From the NCBI GenBank assembly GCA_964016885.1, contig OZ024765.1, positions 10,292,001 to 10,356,000 on the forward strand: a DNA stretch of 64,000 nucleotides. Reading direction: 5' to 3'. The translations under genes and the position numbers were made by a program. The notes beneath the pieces were generated by a model that searched no databases, had not been told where the DNA came from, and saw only the letters and a program-made list of their open reading frames with translations. Within the stretch, counting starts at the first letter, position 1. The number at the start of each line of letters is the position of its first letter. Source of the DNA: Eledone cirrhosa. Lineage: Eukaryota. Shown piece by piece: positions 23,879 to 39,386 of the stretch.

Positions 23879-26798
23879 CATATATATACACATATATATA
23901 TACATACATATATTACATATATGTATATAATTTATATAGACATACATATATATATATATATATATACACACACAGACAAATACATATAATATTTATATAC
24001 ATATATCCATACTAATACATATACAAGCACACACATATATGTACATATACAAACATACACATATACATATATATACACCAATAAAAAAAAAATTTAAAAA
24101 AAATAAAAACTTAGATATTTTCCCAAAAACCCTGTAAAGTCTTGAATACATTGAGGAGAATAAATAAAATTTAGTGAAACACTATTAACCTAGACGCCTT
24201 CATGTCACCGATTGAGTAATCGGGCCCCTTAATAGATAATGCAGTGTTAAGGGAAGCAATTCAATAAAAAAAATTCAGCGTGTTAAAGATTAATCAACAA
24301 CCTACTGGGAATATAGTCTCCAAAGAGTTAAACAGACAAACAATATTTTAAGAAATAAAAAATATTTTCCGGAACATTCCCCAATATTTTAGTAGGGAAA
24401 TTTTCTATTTTAGTGTGTGTGGGGGGGGGGGGGGGGGACTCTTTAGCATTTAAACCGGCCGTATCTGTATTCTCTCAACCCTTTCTGTTCAAACTGGCCA
24501 CAACTGCTCATATTGATGTTAAGCTATTGTTCTCAAAATAAATAACATCAAAATTTCATAGATTCAATATTATATCAGCTAATTATGAAAGATTCAGCTT
24601 TTACTGTGAAAATATAATAGTATTTAATATATGTGAAAATATAATAGATTTTACAATATAACTGAAAATATAATAGATTTAACTGTGAAAATATAATAGA
24701 TTTTACAATATAACTGTGAAAATATAATAGATTTTACTGTGAAAATATAATTGTTTCTACTTTTAGGCACAAGGCCAACAATTATCCAGTACATTACTGG
24801 TACTTTATTATATCGACCTCGTAAGGATGAAAGGCAAAGTTACCTCGGCGGGATTTATAATAGTAGATATAGAGTAATGTAAATGCTAATGGGTAAATGA
24901 TGACACATCTGAACATTTTTTTAAGCCTTTAGCAGTGGTCTCCAGCCTTTGTCACACCACAGATCAGCTTCATGCCAGATAATATGGCCGTGGCCTGGTA
25001 GTTGCACATGTGTTATTTAAGTGCATTTCAAAAAAATGTATATAATCTTTTGACTCTCATGTAAATCTTTATAAATTAAAGTCCAATATTCAATTTATCA
25101 ATTATATAATTTAAACCCTTTAGCATTTAAACCGGCCAGAATTCTCTCACCTCATTCTGTTCAAACTAGCTGTAACCGGCTTAGCATTACATTACTCTAT
25201 ATATATACTATTGTATTTTCATGGTAAAGGCTTTACCTTACATAATATCTCATATAATATTGAATCTATCAGAGTTTGATATTTATTTTCAGAACAATAC
25301 CTTAACATCAGTATAAGCAGCCGGTTACAGCCAGTTTCAACAGAAAGAGATGAGAGAGTTCTGGGCGGATACAGCCGGTTTAAATGCTAAAGAGTTAAAC
25401 CAGAGATGGGGAACCTGCGACTTTAAGGTCAGATGCAGTCTCCTATGCCATTCTGTACTGATACTCCTCACATTAAGTCAACAGCTAAACCGACTTTTGA
25501 TGCAGGGCAGTGAAACTAATTTAACATTGCAGCTGATATTTCATTTAAAACCACACTCACATGAGTGTGCATGTTAGTGTGCATGTTAGTGTGTGTGTGC
25601 GTGCGTGTGCGTGTGCGTGTGTGTGTATCAGTGAAGGCACATGGCATAGCGGTTAGGGAATTGGACTTTTATTCATGAGGTTGTGAGTTCGCTTCCCAGA
25701 CTGGGCGATGCATTATGTCCTTAAGCGAGACACTTTATTTCATGTTGCTCCATCTGCCATGGGTTGTGATCGTTAGATAGTATCGGCAATGGAAACATTA
25801 TTTCCTTGGTAAGCGAATGATCTTGTCAATCGTGTGTGTGTGAAAAATTGAAATTTACTAGTGCAGATGTAGCTGGTCTCTTACAAAGTTGCATCTATGG
25901 TGTTTTAGTGAGTGGGGCCCCAGCCCTATTATGTATATAGGTAGGTGTGTGTGTGGGGGTGGGTGTGTGCAAGAGTGAATGTGAAAAAACAAAATCCTAC
26001 CCCAGGAAAGTGCTACAATGTAAATGGAGCTAGATAAAGATGAAACTAATTATATGAGACAAAGGTACCAATTTTAAATGGTTTCTAACCCTTTTGATAT
26101 CAACCCAGCTCTGGTTCTATGAAACAAATGTACCTATTGTAAAGGGTTTCTAACCCTTTCGATATCGACCCAGCAAAAACCAAATCTGATTCTATGGGAC
26201 AAAAGGTACCAATTTTGAGGGGATTCTATTTAACCCTTTTGATATTAACCCATCCAAACCAAATATGATTCTCTGAGACAAAGGTACCTATTTTAAAGGG
26301 TTTCTAACCCTTTCGATATCAATCCAGCCAAAACCAAATCTGGTTCTATGGAACAAAGGTACCAATTTTAAAAGTGCCTCTATTAAACTTTCAATATCAA
26401 CCCCCTTATTTTAAGAGGTTTCTTCTAATTAACACTTACTATAGCAATCTGCCCAAAACCGACTAATTCTATGGAACAAAACCACTCATTTAGAATGGTT
26501 CCTATCTAAATTAAAAACTTCCAACAATTTTATATAAAAACATCTTTATGTTGTTATAAATATTATCTTAATCAAAATAAATCCCTCCAAATTCGTCACT
26601 GATTAATTCAACTGTAAGGTGTTTAATCAGAAATTTGGAAATGAAAAGGTTAAATTAAAACCTAATTTTACTTATGTTACAAATACCATCTTAATAATGA
26701 AATAACTTTCATAAATTCCTCAAAATTCTTTAATAACTCGTTCAAATACAGTGTATTTCTTTAGAAATACAGTAATGAAAGTGTTAAATAGGAGAGGG

Positions 26799-26883
<85 letters not shown>

Positions 26884-28551
26884 CACACACACACACATAC
26901 ATGTTTGTTTATGTTGTATACATATATATGCATGTATGAATATATATACTTATATATATACATATACATTACATAAATATATGACACGTTAATTTTTTTC
27001 TTTTTTTGGGGGGCTTCTTTTCAATATGAAATAAAAACATCATCACAAAATATTTTTTACTTACCAAATAGAAAGACGGTGAAAAGTAGTAGTAGCAATC
27101 TTATCTGACACACAGAATAGCTGTTATCTCAATGAGCTGCTAGAAGAATTTCAACATTAGTTCACAATTTACAACAGTTAGCCTGTCTAGAAATAGACAG
27201 TGGGAGCAGCAGACATTTCCAGAGTTTCATGGCCATGTTCAGCTTGAGAAGACAGAAACAATAGCAGTCCTCCATTTTGTTTGTTTCTTTTATTTTTTTT
27301 TTTTTTTCCTTATCAGTAATTTTCCATATCAGTAATAAGCTTAAAACAAGAAACCAATGTGGTTAATACTTTTTAAAATAAATAAATAACCCTTTTGATA
27401 CCAAACTGCCTGAAACTACCTATTTTTTTCTACCTATGTTCCTTAAATCTTAAAACAAAAAACCAAAGTGGTTAATAATTTTAAAAATAAATAACCTTTT
27501 TGATACCAAACTGCCCCCTCATTCTACAATGCAAAGCTGTTTTAAAATGTTTATATTTACTTGAAAACCTTTTGTGATTATTTTATGTAAGACCCCAGCT
27601 TAATGAAAATGTTATGCAGACATGATCTAATAACAAGTAATTTATATTACTAAACTTCTCTAAATTCTTGATTATCTTCAAAACTATTTGAAAACCATAG
27701 GCAGTGTTTTTCATTACCATATTTATCTAAAAACCTTCCATCATAAATTTATGTAAGAACCATTATTATGTTCCAAACACCAGCTAATTTTTCAAGCATA
27801 TGCAGTCTTTAATGAGAAAATTTGTCTGGAACCACAATGGTCAAAGCATTTGAAAGGATAGAATCATTGGTTTCTGATTTAGGCACAAGGCCAACAATTT
27901 TGGAGGGGGGGAAAACCAATTAAATCAGCTCTAGTACATTACTGGTACTTTATTTTATTGACTTGTAAGGGTGAAAGGCAAAGCTAACCTCAGCATGAGA
28001 TGAATTCAGATCATAAAGGGCCGTAAGTATGCCATAAAACATGTCTGACACTCACCCGATACTGCTAATCCACCAGAATTATTGAGGCCTATTCTTGGTC
28101 TGATTATTTCCATAACTGCTGGTTTCAATTATTAAATTTCAGACTCCCTGAGCTTACCACACCTCTCCGGCCACGTAATGAACCTATGTTTTGAAGTGTC
28201 TATATTTATTTATAAACATCTGTCATAATGCTATTCAACTCCAAACAACCAACTTAATAATAATAAAGTTACTCATTTCACTAAATCTTTACAAATTCTT
28301 GATAATTTTTTTTTTTATTTGAAAATCATAGGCAGTATCTTTCATTAGAAATATGGTAGCAAAAGGGTTAAAGAATTCTCACTGACAGTGTGTCTATGTA
28401 ATAGCACATACAGTGAGTCTGAGTCTGAGTAAAAGCACACACCCTGTGTGACTTAGTAAACACACTCAGACATGTAGCAATGTAAAATGCACACAATATG
28501 TGGCTAAGTAAAATTGGTCACAAAATTTGGCCAATTAAAAAACACACATTC

Positions 28552-30990
28552 TGCAGTGTGACCAGGTATAGAATCACAGTCTACAGAGGTACCATAACGC
28601 AGTGTGACCAGGTATAGAATCACACACAGTCTACAGAGGTACCATAACGCAGTGTGACCAGGTATAGAATCACACACAGTCTACAGAGGTACCATAACGC
28701 AGTGTGACCAGGTATAGAATCACACACAGTCTACAGAGGTACCATAACGCAGTGTGACCAGGTATAGAATCACACACAGTCTACAGAGGTACCATAACAC
28801 AGTGTGACCAGGTATAGAATCACACACAGTCTACAGTGGTACCATAACGCAGTGTGACCAGGTATAGAATCACACACAGTCTACAGTAGTACCATAACGC
28901 AGTGTGACCAGGTATAGAATCACACACAGTCTACAGTGGTACCATAACGCAGTGTGACCAGGTATAGAATCACACACAGTCTACAGTGGTACCATAACGC
29001 AGTGTGACCAGGTATAGAATCACACACAGTCTACAGAGGTACCATAACGCAGTGTGACCAGGTATAGAATCACAGTCTACAGTGGTACCATAACGCAGTG
29101 TGACCAGGTATAGAATCACACACAGTCTACAGAGGTACCATAACGCAGTGTAACCAGGTATAGAATCACACACAGTCTACAGAGGTACCATAACGCAGTG
29201 TGACCAGGTATAGAATCACACAGTCTACAGAGGTACCATAACGCAGTGTGACCAGGTATAGAATCACACACAGTCTACAGAGGTACCATAACGCAGTGTG
29301 ACCAGGTATAGAATCACACACAGTCTACAGAGGTACCATAACGCAGTGTGACCAGGTATAGAATTACACACAGTCTACAGAGGTACCATAACGTAGTGTG
29401 ACCAGGTATAGAATTACACACAGTCTACAGAGATACCATAACGCAGTGTGACCAGGTATAGAATTACACAGTCTACAGAGGTACCATAACGCAGTGTGAC
29501 CAGGTATAGAATCACACACAGTCTACAGTGGTACCATAACGCAGTGTGACCAGGTATAGAATCACACACAGTCTACAGAGGTACCATAACGCAGTGTGAC
29601 CAGGTATAGAATCACACACAGTCTACAGAGGTACCATAACGCAGTGTGACCAGGTATAGAATCACACACAGTCTACAGAGGTACCATAACACAGTGTGAC
29701 CAGGTATAGAATCACACACAGTCTACAGTGGTACCATAACGCAGTGTGACCAGGTATAGAATCACACACAGTCTACAGTAGTACCATAACGCAGTGTGAC
29801 CAGGTATAGAATCACACACAGTCTACAGTGGTACCATAACGCAGTGTGACCAGGTATAGAATCACACACAGTCTACAGAGGTACCATAACGCAGTGTGAC
29901 CAGGTATAGAATCACACAGTCTACAGAGGTACCATAACGCAGTGTGACCAGGTATAGAATCACACACAGTCTACAGAGGTACCATAACGCAGTGTGACCA
30001 GGTATAAAATCACACACAGTCTACAGTGGTACCATAACGCAGTGTGACCAGGTATAGAATTACACACAGTCTACTGTGGTACCATAACGCAGTGTGACCA
30101 GGTATAGAATCACACACAGTCTACAGAGGTACCATAACGCAGTGTGACCAGGTATAGAATCACAGTCTACAGTGGTACCATAACGCAGTGTGACCAGTTA
30201 TAGAATCACACAGTCTACTGTGGTACCATAACGCAGTGTGACCAGGTATAGAATCACACACAGTCTACTGTGGTACCATAACGTAGTGTGACCAGGTATA
30301 GAATCACACACAGTCTACAGTGGTACCATAACGCAGTGTGACCAGGTATAGAATCACACACAGTCTACAGAGGTACCATAACGCAGTGTGACCAGGTATA
30401 GAATCACACACAGTCTACAGAGGTACCATAACGCAGTGTGACCAGGTATAGAATCACACACAGTCTACAGAGGTACCATAACGCAGTGTGACCAGGTATA
30501 GAATCACACACAGTCTACAGAGGTACCATAACGCAGTGTGACCAGGTATAGAATCACACACAGTCTAGAGTGGTACCATAACGCAGTGTGACCAGGTATA
30601 GAATCACACAGTCTACTGTGGTACCATAACGCAGTGTGACCAGGTATAGAATCACACAGTCTACTGTGGTACCATAACGCAGTGTGACCAGGTATAGAAT
30701 CACACAGTCTACAGTGGTAACATAACGCAGTGTGACAAGGTATAGAATTACACACAGTCTACTGTGGTACCATAACGCAGTGTGACCAGGTATAGAATCA
30801 CACACAGTCTACAGAGGTACCATAACGCAATGTGACCAGGTATAGAATCACACACAGTCTACTGTGGTACTATAACGCAATGTGACCAGGTATAGAATCA
30901 CACAGTCTACAGTGGTATCATAACGCAGTGTGACCAGATATAAAAACACTGTGGCTGATGTGAGAGAGAGAGAATCTGTAGTGGTACCAT
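28552..30990 (+). repeat. 50-bp satellite (46/48-bp variants), ~48 copies, highly homogeneous
   Basis: Unit gcagtgtgaccaggtatagaatcacacacagtctacagaggtaccataac. Confidence 0.98.
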
Positions 30991-31154
30991 AACGCACATG
31001 TGTGGCCAGGTATAAAAACACAGCGTGCTGGGTATAAAACTGCACCCATGTGTCTGTGTAAAAACATACTCACTGTGTAACAAGTATAAAACTGTATGCC
31101 TTCAGTTTAAAATACACAATACCCATATAAAATAATCTGACAGTTTCAGGTGAA

Positions 31155-31363
31155 ATTAATAATTCCCTGTAACATGGACACAAGGCCAGCAATTTAAGGG
31201 AAGTGCAAAGTCAGTTATATCGACTCCAGTACATAACTGGTACTTTATTTTATCGACCTTGAAAGGATGAAAGGCAAAGCTGACCTCGGTGGGATTTGAA
31301 TTCAGAAAATAAAGGGCATAATTGCAAAGCATGGTGGGCTGGCACTCTAACAATCCCACCAGT
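31155..31363 (-). mobile_element. MetaSINE-type SINE (similar minus copies 24748-24856, 27865-28075, 41740-41900, 51360-51490)
   Basis: caaggccagcaat..actggtactttattttatcgac..ggatgaaaggcaaag..gatttgaattcag. Confidence 0.78.
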
Positions 31364-32309
31364 GGAATTTGTAACAGAACCCTGTTGGTCTCCAATTTCA
31401 GATGATGACTGGTGATGTACTAGCAACACAATCTTTAAAAGAATATCATTGACAATCAAAGCTGAATCTATAGAGAAGAATGAAGACCAAAAACTGTGGT
31501 TTTCAACCTTTAAGAAGTAGTACTTGGCCCAAGCAATCATCAAGCAAGGCTTCCAATATTTCGTATCAGTACGTTTTAAAATATATAGTTACAATGTAAA
31601 TTATATATAATATATATAAATATATATATTATTCACGAAAGGTTATTACATATTTTGAGCATAGTCATAAGCCAGTTTACATCAAGTCACCACACTGACA
31701 TCAGAATAAATGGAAACAATATTCTTTCATATCGACGAATCTTCCTTTAAGACTTCTAAATACCTTTTTATCTGTATCTGTTTGTGGGATCTTTGTGAGA
31801 TAAAATCCAGGTATGTGTATGTGTGTATATGTTTATATATATATATATATATATATAACATACAAATATTATATATATATATATATATGCATATAACATA
31901 CAAATATTATATATATATATATATATGCATATAACATACACACATTATATATATATATATATATATATGCATGACACACATACACTATATATTGGCATAA
32001 TATATACACATGTGTATGTATATACATATATATATATAACATTTTTAAAAAAAGATATTAAGTACAAATTAATAAAAAAAAAACATTTAAATTTCATATA
32101 AACATGCACAGTTTAATAAATACAACAAAAGTTGTTAGAATTTTTACTGTTTCTAGAAATTGAGTAAGCTCTGGACTTAGTTTCAAAAAACAAAAACATT
32201 TGGATGAAGGTATTCATATAGATGAAAAAGCAACAGTGAATGAGAAATATGGAAGCAATGGTACTTTAATAGCTAATTATTCATACTTTTTACATGAATT
32301 ATTGCTAAG

Positions 32310-32830
32310 TAAAATACAGAAGATTGATTGACAGAAACTGGTCCTATTATTTACATAAACATAATGTTTGGTAAAATATAGAAAATTGACTGATGGATGG
32401 AGAGAATCACCAGCAGAAATTGGTCCTGTTATTTACATCAACATATACATCATATATTGATAAGTAAAATGTAGAAGAATGACTGACAAAGAGAGAGAAT
32501 GACCAGCAGAAACTGGTCCTATCATTTATATCAACATAATGCTTGGTAAAATATAGAAAATTAACTGAAGATGGAGAGAAAGACCAGCAGAAATTGGTCG
32601 TTATTTATATCAACATACATATATATTATATATTGCTAGGTAAAATATAGAAGATTAACTGACAGATGGAGAGAATGACCAGAAGGAACTGGCCCTATTA
32701 TTTACATCAATATATATATTATATATTGCTAGGTGAAAGACGCAGAGAATGACCAGCAGGAATTGGTCCAGTTATTTACATCAACATATTGCTTGGTAAA
32801 ATATAGAAAGAAGAATGACTGACAAGAAGA
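32310..32830 (+). repeat. Degenerate ~80-100-bp tandem repeat, ~6 copies
   Basis: gagagaatgaccagcagaaattggtcct.ttatttacatcaacata..gtaaaatatagaa recurs. Confidence 0.8.
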
Positions 32831-33069
32831 AAGGGATGAGAAAAAGGATAATTTGATTAACATCTATTACATGGTTAAATGTAGAATATTGACTAACACA
32901 CACACACACACATTATATATATATATATAGAGAGATAGAGTTAGAGAGCGAGAGAGAGAATGACAAAATGTACCAAGTTTTTCCGACATTTTTCAAATGA
33001 CACCTGGTAAAAAATCTCTCAAAACCAAGCTAACACACAAGGTTACATGTAGAGTATTGACAAACACAA

Positions 33070-33109
<40 letters not shown>

Positions 33110-36100
33110 AAGTTATTTTTTCAAATGACACCTGATGAAAAACTCTCCAGATTAAGCTATAAAAAAAATATTTAATGTTGGTACCAACACCATTTCAACA
33201 ATAGAAAAAAAAAAGTCTTTTATTAACGGTACACGATCATTGCTGTGTACTACATTAATAAGACTCATTCCAGGCACTAAACTATAACTATCCACCTCAA
33301 AAAGATGTTAGTAGCTAAATTAAAGCATTCTTTCATAAACTAGCAGTATTTTATAGAAACTAACAAGTTGACATTCCATTTTTAATAAAAGAGAAGTAGC
33401 CAGCTTGATTGCTGTAGTAGAGAACTACAGAGAAATGTTACTTTTTTGATGACTAAATGTCTATAAGGATAGAAACACATACATACAATCAATTAATAGA
33501 CAGATATGGAATGTTAGTCAACAAAATATACAGAAAAAGTAAGCCGTATTGGAAAGGAACTATAAATGCTATGAAGAAAAGAGCAAGAACTATTCGACAA
33601 CAGAAGAAAGAGAGGGTGACAGACTATACACCTAAGTCAGAGCAGGGTTTCGACTGTGTCCCACGGACTAAATTGCAAAAGCATTCCGCGGACAATAGCC
33701 AGCAACACCCACTGCTGTCATTCCGATTTTACAGAGGAACTAAATATATCTTGAGTATCACCTTATATTTTCACAACACTTTCATTCAAAGTAATATTCA
33801 GGTTAACAATCCTATCATAATACATACATACAGTCAGTCTTCACTTAACCAGATTCTGTTGTGCCACTGACATAGAAGTTGGGTGGTAAACAAACATCTT
33901 TCTTTAATAGTTAGCATTCCAACCACTCTGGTCTGGTCCTAAGATATCTTTAGACAATGTTTTAACATAAGATGGCAAGTGATAAAGTCCATGAGGAGAA
34001 AAAAGATACCAAGTTTCAGTTGTATATTAAATAAAATTATCTGAAAGAAATTTGCAATAGTCAAATGTAAATACTATCTTAGTAACTGTGTCATTTTGCA
34101 AAGCTCTTACAAACATAATATAAATATATACACACACACACATACATACAGAGAAAGAAAGCGAGATGAAGGATTTATCAGATAAAGAACACAAAAATAT
34201 GCAACAGGGGAGACATTAAAAGGTGACATAAATAATATGTAGAGAAAAGTATGAGTGGTCATAAAACAGAGATAGATGGTCATTGGTGATTTAACGAGGT
34301 GGTCATTGAGTGGGAAGTGACTGAACATTGATCTATGTTTATTACTCCAAAACAATAAGACCAGTTGTTCAAAAATAGCAGAGTGTAAATAGAATAATTT
34401 TATCCAAGTCGACAGACAATTAAAAGTTAATTTGAACGAATCACGAGCTCCTTTGTTAAATATATAAAACAAAAGATTTTACACAACAAACATAACTAAT
34501 AACACCACCCTGAAATTACTACACACACACACTCATATATTGCATCTTCACAACTACAATGCCTTTGGATTAGGGATGGTCTGGGAGCTAAACAAACAAC
34601 CTAATAAAATCTGTAAATGATTTAGGAGAAAATATTGAAATTAAGGTTCAAGTTGACTGTTTAAACTATTTATTTCTAGTTGAGAGTAAACTTAATTTAA
34701 CCAGCCCATAACAAAATCAACCATTTTAAAGTGTTCCTATTCAAATTAAAACCTCTCAACAAAATTTTATATAAGAATATATTGTTACTTTACACATACC
34801 ATCTTAATGAAATTATAATTTTAGTAAATCCTTCCTAAATTCTCCATACATCTGTTTAAAATACAAAGTATTTTATTATAAATACAGTAATGAAAGGGTT
34901 CATGGAATGCTTTATACTTTTCTAGAATGTCTTACTAATGCAGTAATTCATATATATTGGAGCTTCTACTCGTGTAGTAGAAGTCATGCATTTTTATCCT
35001 AGAAATACATGTAAAGAAAAAAAATAAACTACCTACGACTTATTTACTGAACCTACAAATCCTCAATATTGAGCTACTTAAGTTTTCATGATCCAGTACA
35101 CGCTGTAAAGTGATTGGAAGGGCATCTAGCTGTAGAAAACCTGCTGAACAAAAGGTGGGAGAAGGACCCTTTAGTTGTGTTAGAGACATGACAACCTCTC
35201 TAGTGTTGGTGATCTACATAATAAATAGACCCAGCACATGCAGTAGTGTTTGATGATAGGAAGGACATCCAGTTGTAGAAAACCTGCTTAATAAAGGATT
35301 GAGGATATGTCAGTTGTGCCACCAAAGACATGACAACCTCCCTAATTTTTGTGTCATGATAAAATACATTTGGTAGATTGTGGGGACCCGTTTGTAAGTG
35401 AGATGCAGGTCAGTTGCCCCACTTTAGCATTTAAACCAGCCGTATCCGGCCAGAATTTTCTGATGTCTTTCTGTTCAAACCAGCTGTAACTGGGCGCTCA
35501 TGCATATTTTGTTCTCAAAATAAATAATATCAAAATCTCATAAATTAGATATGTGAGATAAAGTGTTTACTATGAACATTTAATAGTAAACAGAGTAATG
35601 TAAATGCTAAAGGGTTAAATGACAATAATAATTGTAGGTTCCGAATATAATTTCCTTTTCCCCGGGGTTGGTATGACATATACCAGGATTACTGGATATA
35701 CAAACAATCATACAGACTGGAAAGTGTGCATTCTGATAAATTGATAGTTTGCTTAAATAAATACCTTATGATGGTTACTGTCCAGTGGACGTGATTAAAG
35801 ATAAAAGTGATATTTTAATAATTTATTTCTAGGATGTAATTACATAAATGTTCATTATATATGTACAGATGATATACAGGATAAAATGTAAGAGTATCTT
35901 TGGAGAAATAACTATTTACAGGGTCAAATAAAACCCAGGACCTCGTGATTGGAAAGCAAACATTATTGTAGCAACACGACTGAGGTGAGAAATACAATGT
36001 GTGAGGATGTGTGTAAATTTTAAAGTAATTTTATAGTTTGTGTTGATTATTTAATCATGCAGATGTGATTAAAAATATTTTTCATTTATTTCTACAATAA

Positions 36101-36879
36101 TTACATATACGTTCAACATTTTGATCGACATCATACTATAAGAGCAATCAATCAGTCATTTACTGGTGATTAAGGATTCTCAAGGAGCTATTACGTAGAA
36201 GGAGACTCAAGGATGAAATTGGCTTTGATCTCAAGATCCTGGAAAGTATTCGAGCGTAATAAATTATGCCAACATTTTAAAATGTGACTTATGATTTCCT
36301 TTCATTTGAAAACTTGTGTTTTAATAATAATAACCCTTTAGCATTTAAACCAGCTGTATCAGGCCAGAGTTTTCAAAATAAATAGTAAAATAGAGGTAGA
36401 GTTTACCATCTAATAAAACTTAAGAATATTTACAGTATCTAATATTCTATCAGAAATACCAAGTTACAAAATTCTATACAAATAAAAACTTTGTTGGTGT
36501 GGCTTAAATATCTTGGCAAAATGTCAACCATTAGATTCTATCAGTACCTTCAAACCACAGATGATGGGATGTTCTTTCAATATAGTTTTTGTTATCAATA
36601 CAACACAATGTACAACCCAATCTATATATACATCTAAACAATGTGTTGATTAGCTGCCTCAGCTTATAAACAGGGTTTGTAGTTTACCAATTTCTCAGAC
36701 ATAATAAAAGGGGTTCACTTATATTTGAGTATAAAAGATAAATGAAAATCACAAATTTGCCTGTAGCCATCATAAGTTATTTAGTCTGTCTTATGAGATG
36801 GTGTGTAACCAACCAGTTGATCTCACCTATTCATTGCCTCTCTGCTGGGTCTGGCAAAGAAAGCACTAAATTCTTCATG

Positions 36880-37320
36880 TGTCCCACTATTATGAAAAGG
36901 AGCCTCTTTCAAGCAACTGTTACCTCTGTTCTAAGGTACGAACCCTTTCCTCAAAACTGGAAAGAAGATTAGATGGAGCCTACACTCGCATACTAAGGGT
37001 AGCATTGGATGTCAATTGGAGTGATTGTCTGAACAATGAGAGACTATGGAAACCTTTGTCTAGTATCAGACATCCATTAAAGATCGTAGAGTCAGATTTG
37101 CAGGGCATTACTGGAGAGCTGAAGACAAAATTGTTAGTGAAGTTCTTTTGTGGGAGCCTAGACAAGGAAGAGCTAGCTGAGGACGACAAGCCAAGACATA
37201 TCAAGCAGATTGTGACGAAATAAACTGAAATCCTTCTGACCTGCTAAATATGATCAACAATAGAAGTGGAGGGTGACAGAGAGTCACGGAAATATGTGCA
37301 AGGAATGCAACCATCTGATT
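36880..37320 (+). mobile_element. Decayed RTE-type LINE 3' end (RT C-terminus)
   Basis: Frames join to KRSLFQATVTSVLRY..TLSSKLERRLDGAYTRILRVALDVNW..NNERL..RFAGH.WR..VLLWEP..GR, a typical RTE ORF end, with frameshifts. Confidence 0.82.
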
Positions 37321-38067
37321 GATTGAGAGGAGGGAGAAAGACAGTAGTTTGAGAAAACAGAATAGAAATATTGAGTTCAAATTCTCTCAGACTGAATGAA
37401 AACAAAAATACCACATACATACAAACCCCAAAACTTGTAATTATCAATCGACATTCAAATGGAACAAATATATTTTTCTTTTTTTTTAAACATGCACGAT
37501 GAACCAAACAAATGTTAATAAATTATCAATACAAATAGTAATTGAAACGGTATTTATACTAATTTCTCAAAATGCTAATATTAAATCCATACCCAGCTGG
37601 TACCATTCAATAAATATAAATACATAGCTAAGATTCAAGACTGATGATTAGCCATTTCCAAGACAATCATACAACTTCTGATACGTGCCTTGCTTAACAA
37701 AATCTATGAAACTGATAGTTTCTCGAATGTGCACTAATACCATATATATATATATAAATGATAAAGTTATATCTGATTAAGTATAGATAGACAAAAGACA
37801 GTTCAGAATAAAAACACCATAGAATATCCTTTAGAAATTTGCTTTAAAAAATTACCCAAATCCAAATTCCAAAGTATTCACCACTACTAACAATGACAAA
37901 TATTCATTACACAGATTCAAAGCATTACAATGAACTTAGGGTTGGGAAGAAAAGAAAAATGTATAAGGGTTAGAATAAGAAGCAGCAAGCTCTAACAAAG
38001 TCTTCCCTTACAACAGAGATTGGCCAACCCCACTTACCAAATGAGTACAACAGCTTTAGAGTATAAG

Positions 38068-38132
<65 letters not shown>

Positions 38133-38766
38133 CATACACACATATACAACAGTGTGACCAGTTGAATACATACCTGCAGTTCAGATAGATCCACATGCTG
38201 GTAAAAATCAGTAGCACAAGGATTCTCCAAGTATTCCACATTCCAATAAGGTAGGGTATTTCATCCAAAAGAAGGACTAAGGTTTGATTTTCTTTTCCTT
38301 GTTTGTTTTTTTTTCCCTAAGAGATCCAGAAACTTCTTTTGCTTGGGAAGTATTATCACTTTTTATATATATATTTTTTTTATTTTCTCTCTCAAAAGTA
38401 GTTTGTGAAATATCAACAATAATGTTTATCAGTATCAGTTATAAAGTGATATATATATATATATATATATATATTAGATAGATAGATAGGTATATTAATA
38501 TATTTTCAAAAAGTTTAACATATAAAGAGACTCTAGTCAAAAAATTCTTATGAAGAAAACTGTCTGCCAATAGGATGATGGAAATTATATATATATACAC
38601 ATACATATGAATATATATGTACACACACACGTGTGTGTATATATATATATATACACATACATACATATGAATACATATACATATATGCATATCCACACAT
38701 ACATATATATATATATATATACACACATACATACATATGAATACATATACATATATGCATATCCAC

Positions 38767-38798
<32 letters not shown>

Positions 38799-39329
38799 AT
38801 ACATACGAATATATATACATATACGTACATATATATATATATATGCATATCCACACATACATGTTTATGTATGTACATATAAGATGCGGAAGATGCAGTT
38901 CCCACTTTAATAGAAAGATAACCCCCACCCTTTCTCAGTGCTGGTCTTCATATATCACAAATGCTTCTTACTATATCATTCAAGAGAGCTAGAATTTCCA
39001 GTCAGATTCTTTAAATCAGAAAGTACCCAGTGTAGAATTCCTCACATGTAATAAATTAATAAATAGATTATAGTGTGTATGAGTGTAGCTCATGTATATA
39101 TATGTATATATATATATATATAAGCAATATATATTTTATATACATAAGCAACATATATTTTATATATATATATATATAAGCAACATATACTATATATATA
39201 TACATATATTTTATATATATAAGCAACATATACTATATATATACATATATATAACATACATATGTATAAATATATACAATCTATATATAAACATATACTT
39301 ATGTATAATATATATGCACACACATATCT

Positions 39330-39386
<57 letters not shown>

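Noticed and set aside
28552-30990. CRISPR-like regular array (also 14400-15845 and 5965-6319)
   Set aside because: Units are contiguous with no unique spacers, there are no cas genes, and the context is eukaryotic: these are satellites.
33457-33870. 137-aa plus-strand ORF
   Set aside because: No recognisable domain, splice context or codon bias; the GC-richer island at 33620-33730 remains unexplained.
37375-37415. Minus-strand acceptor-like site at 37391 (also ~40920 and ~46872)
   Set aside because: Leads into antisense LINE sequence or uses a weak AAG; indistinguishable from the background of chance acceptors in T-rich DNA.
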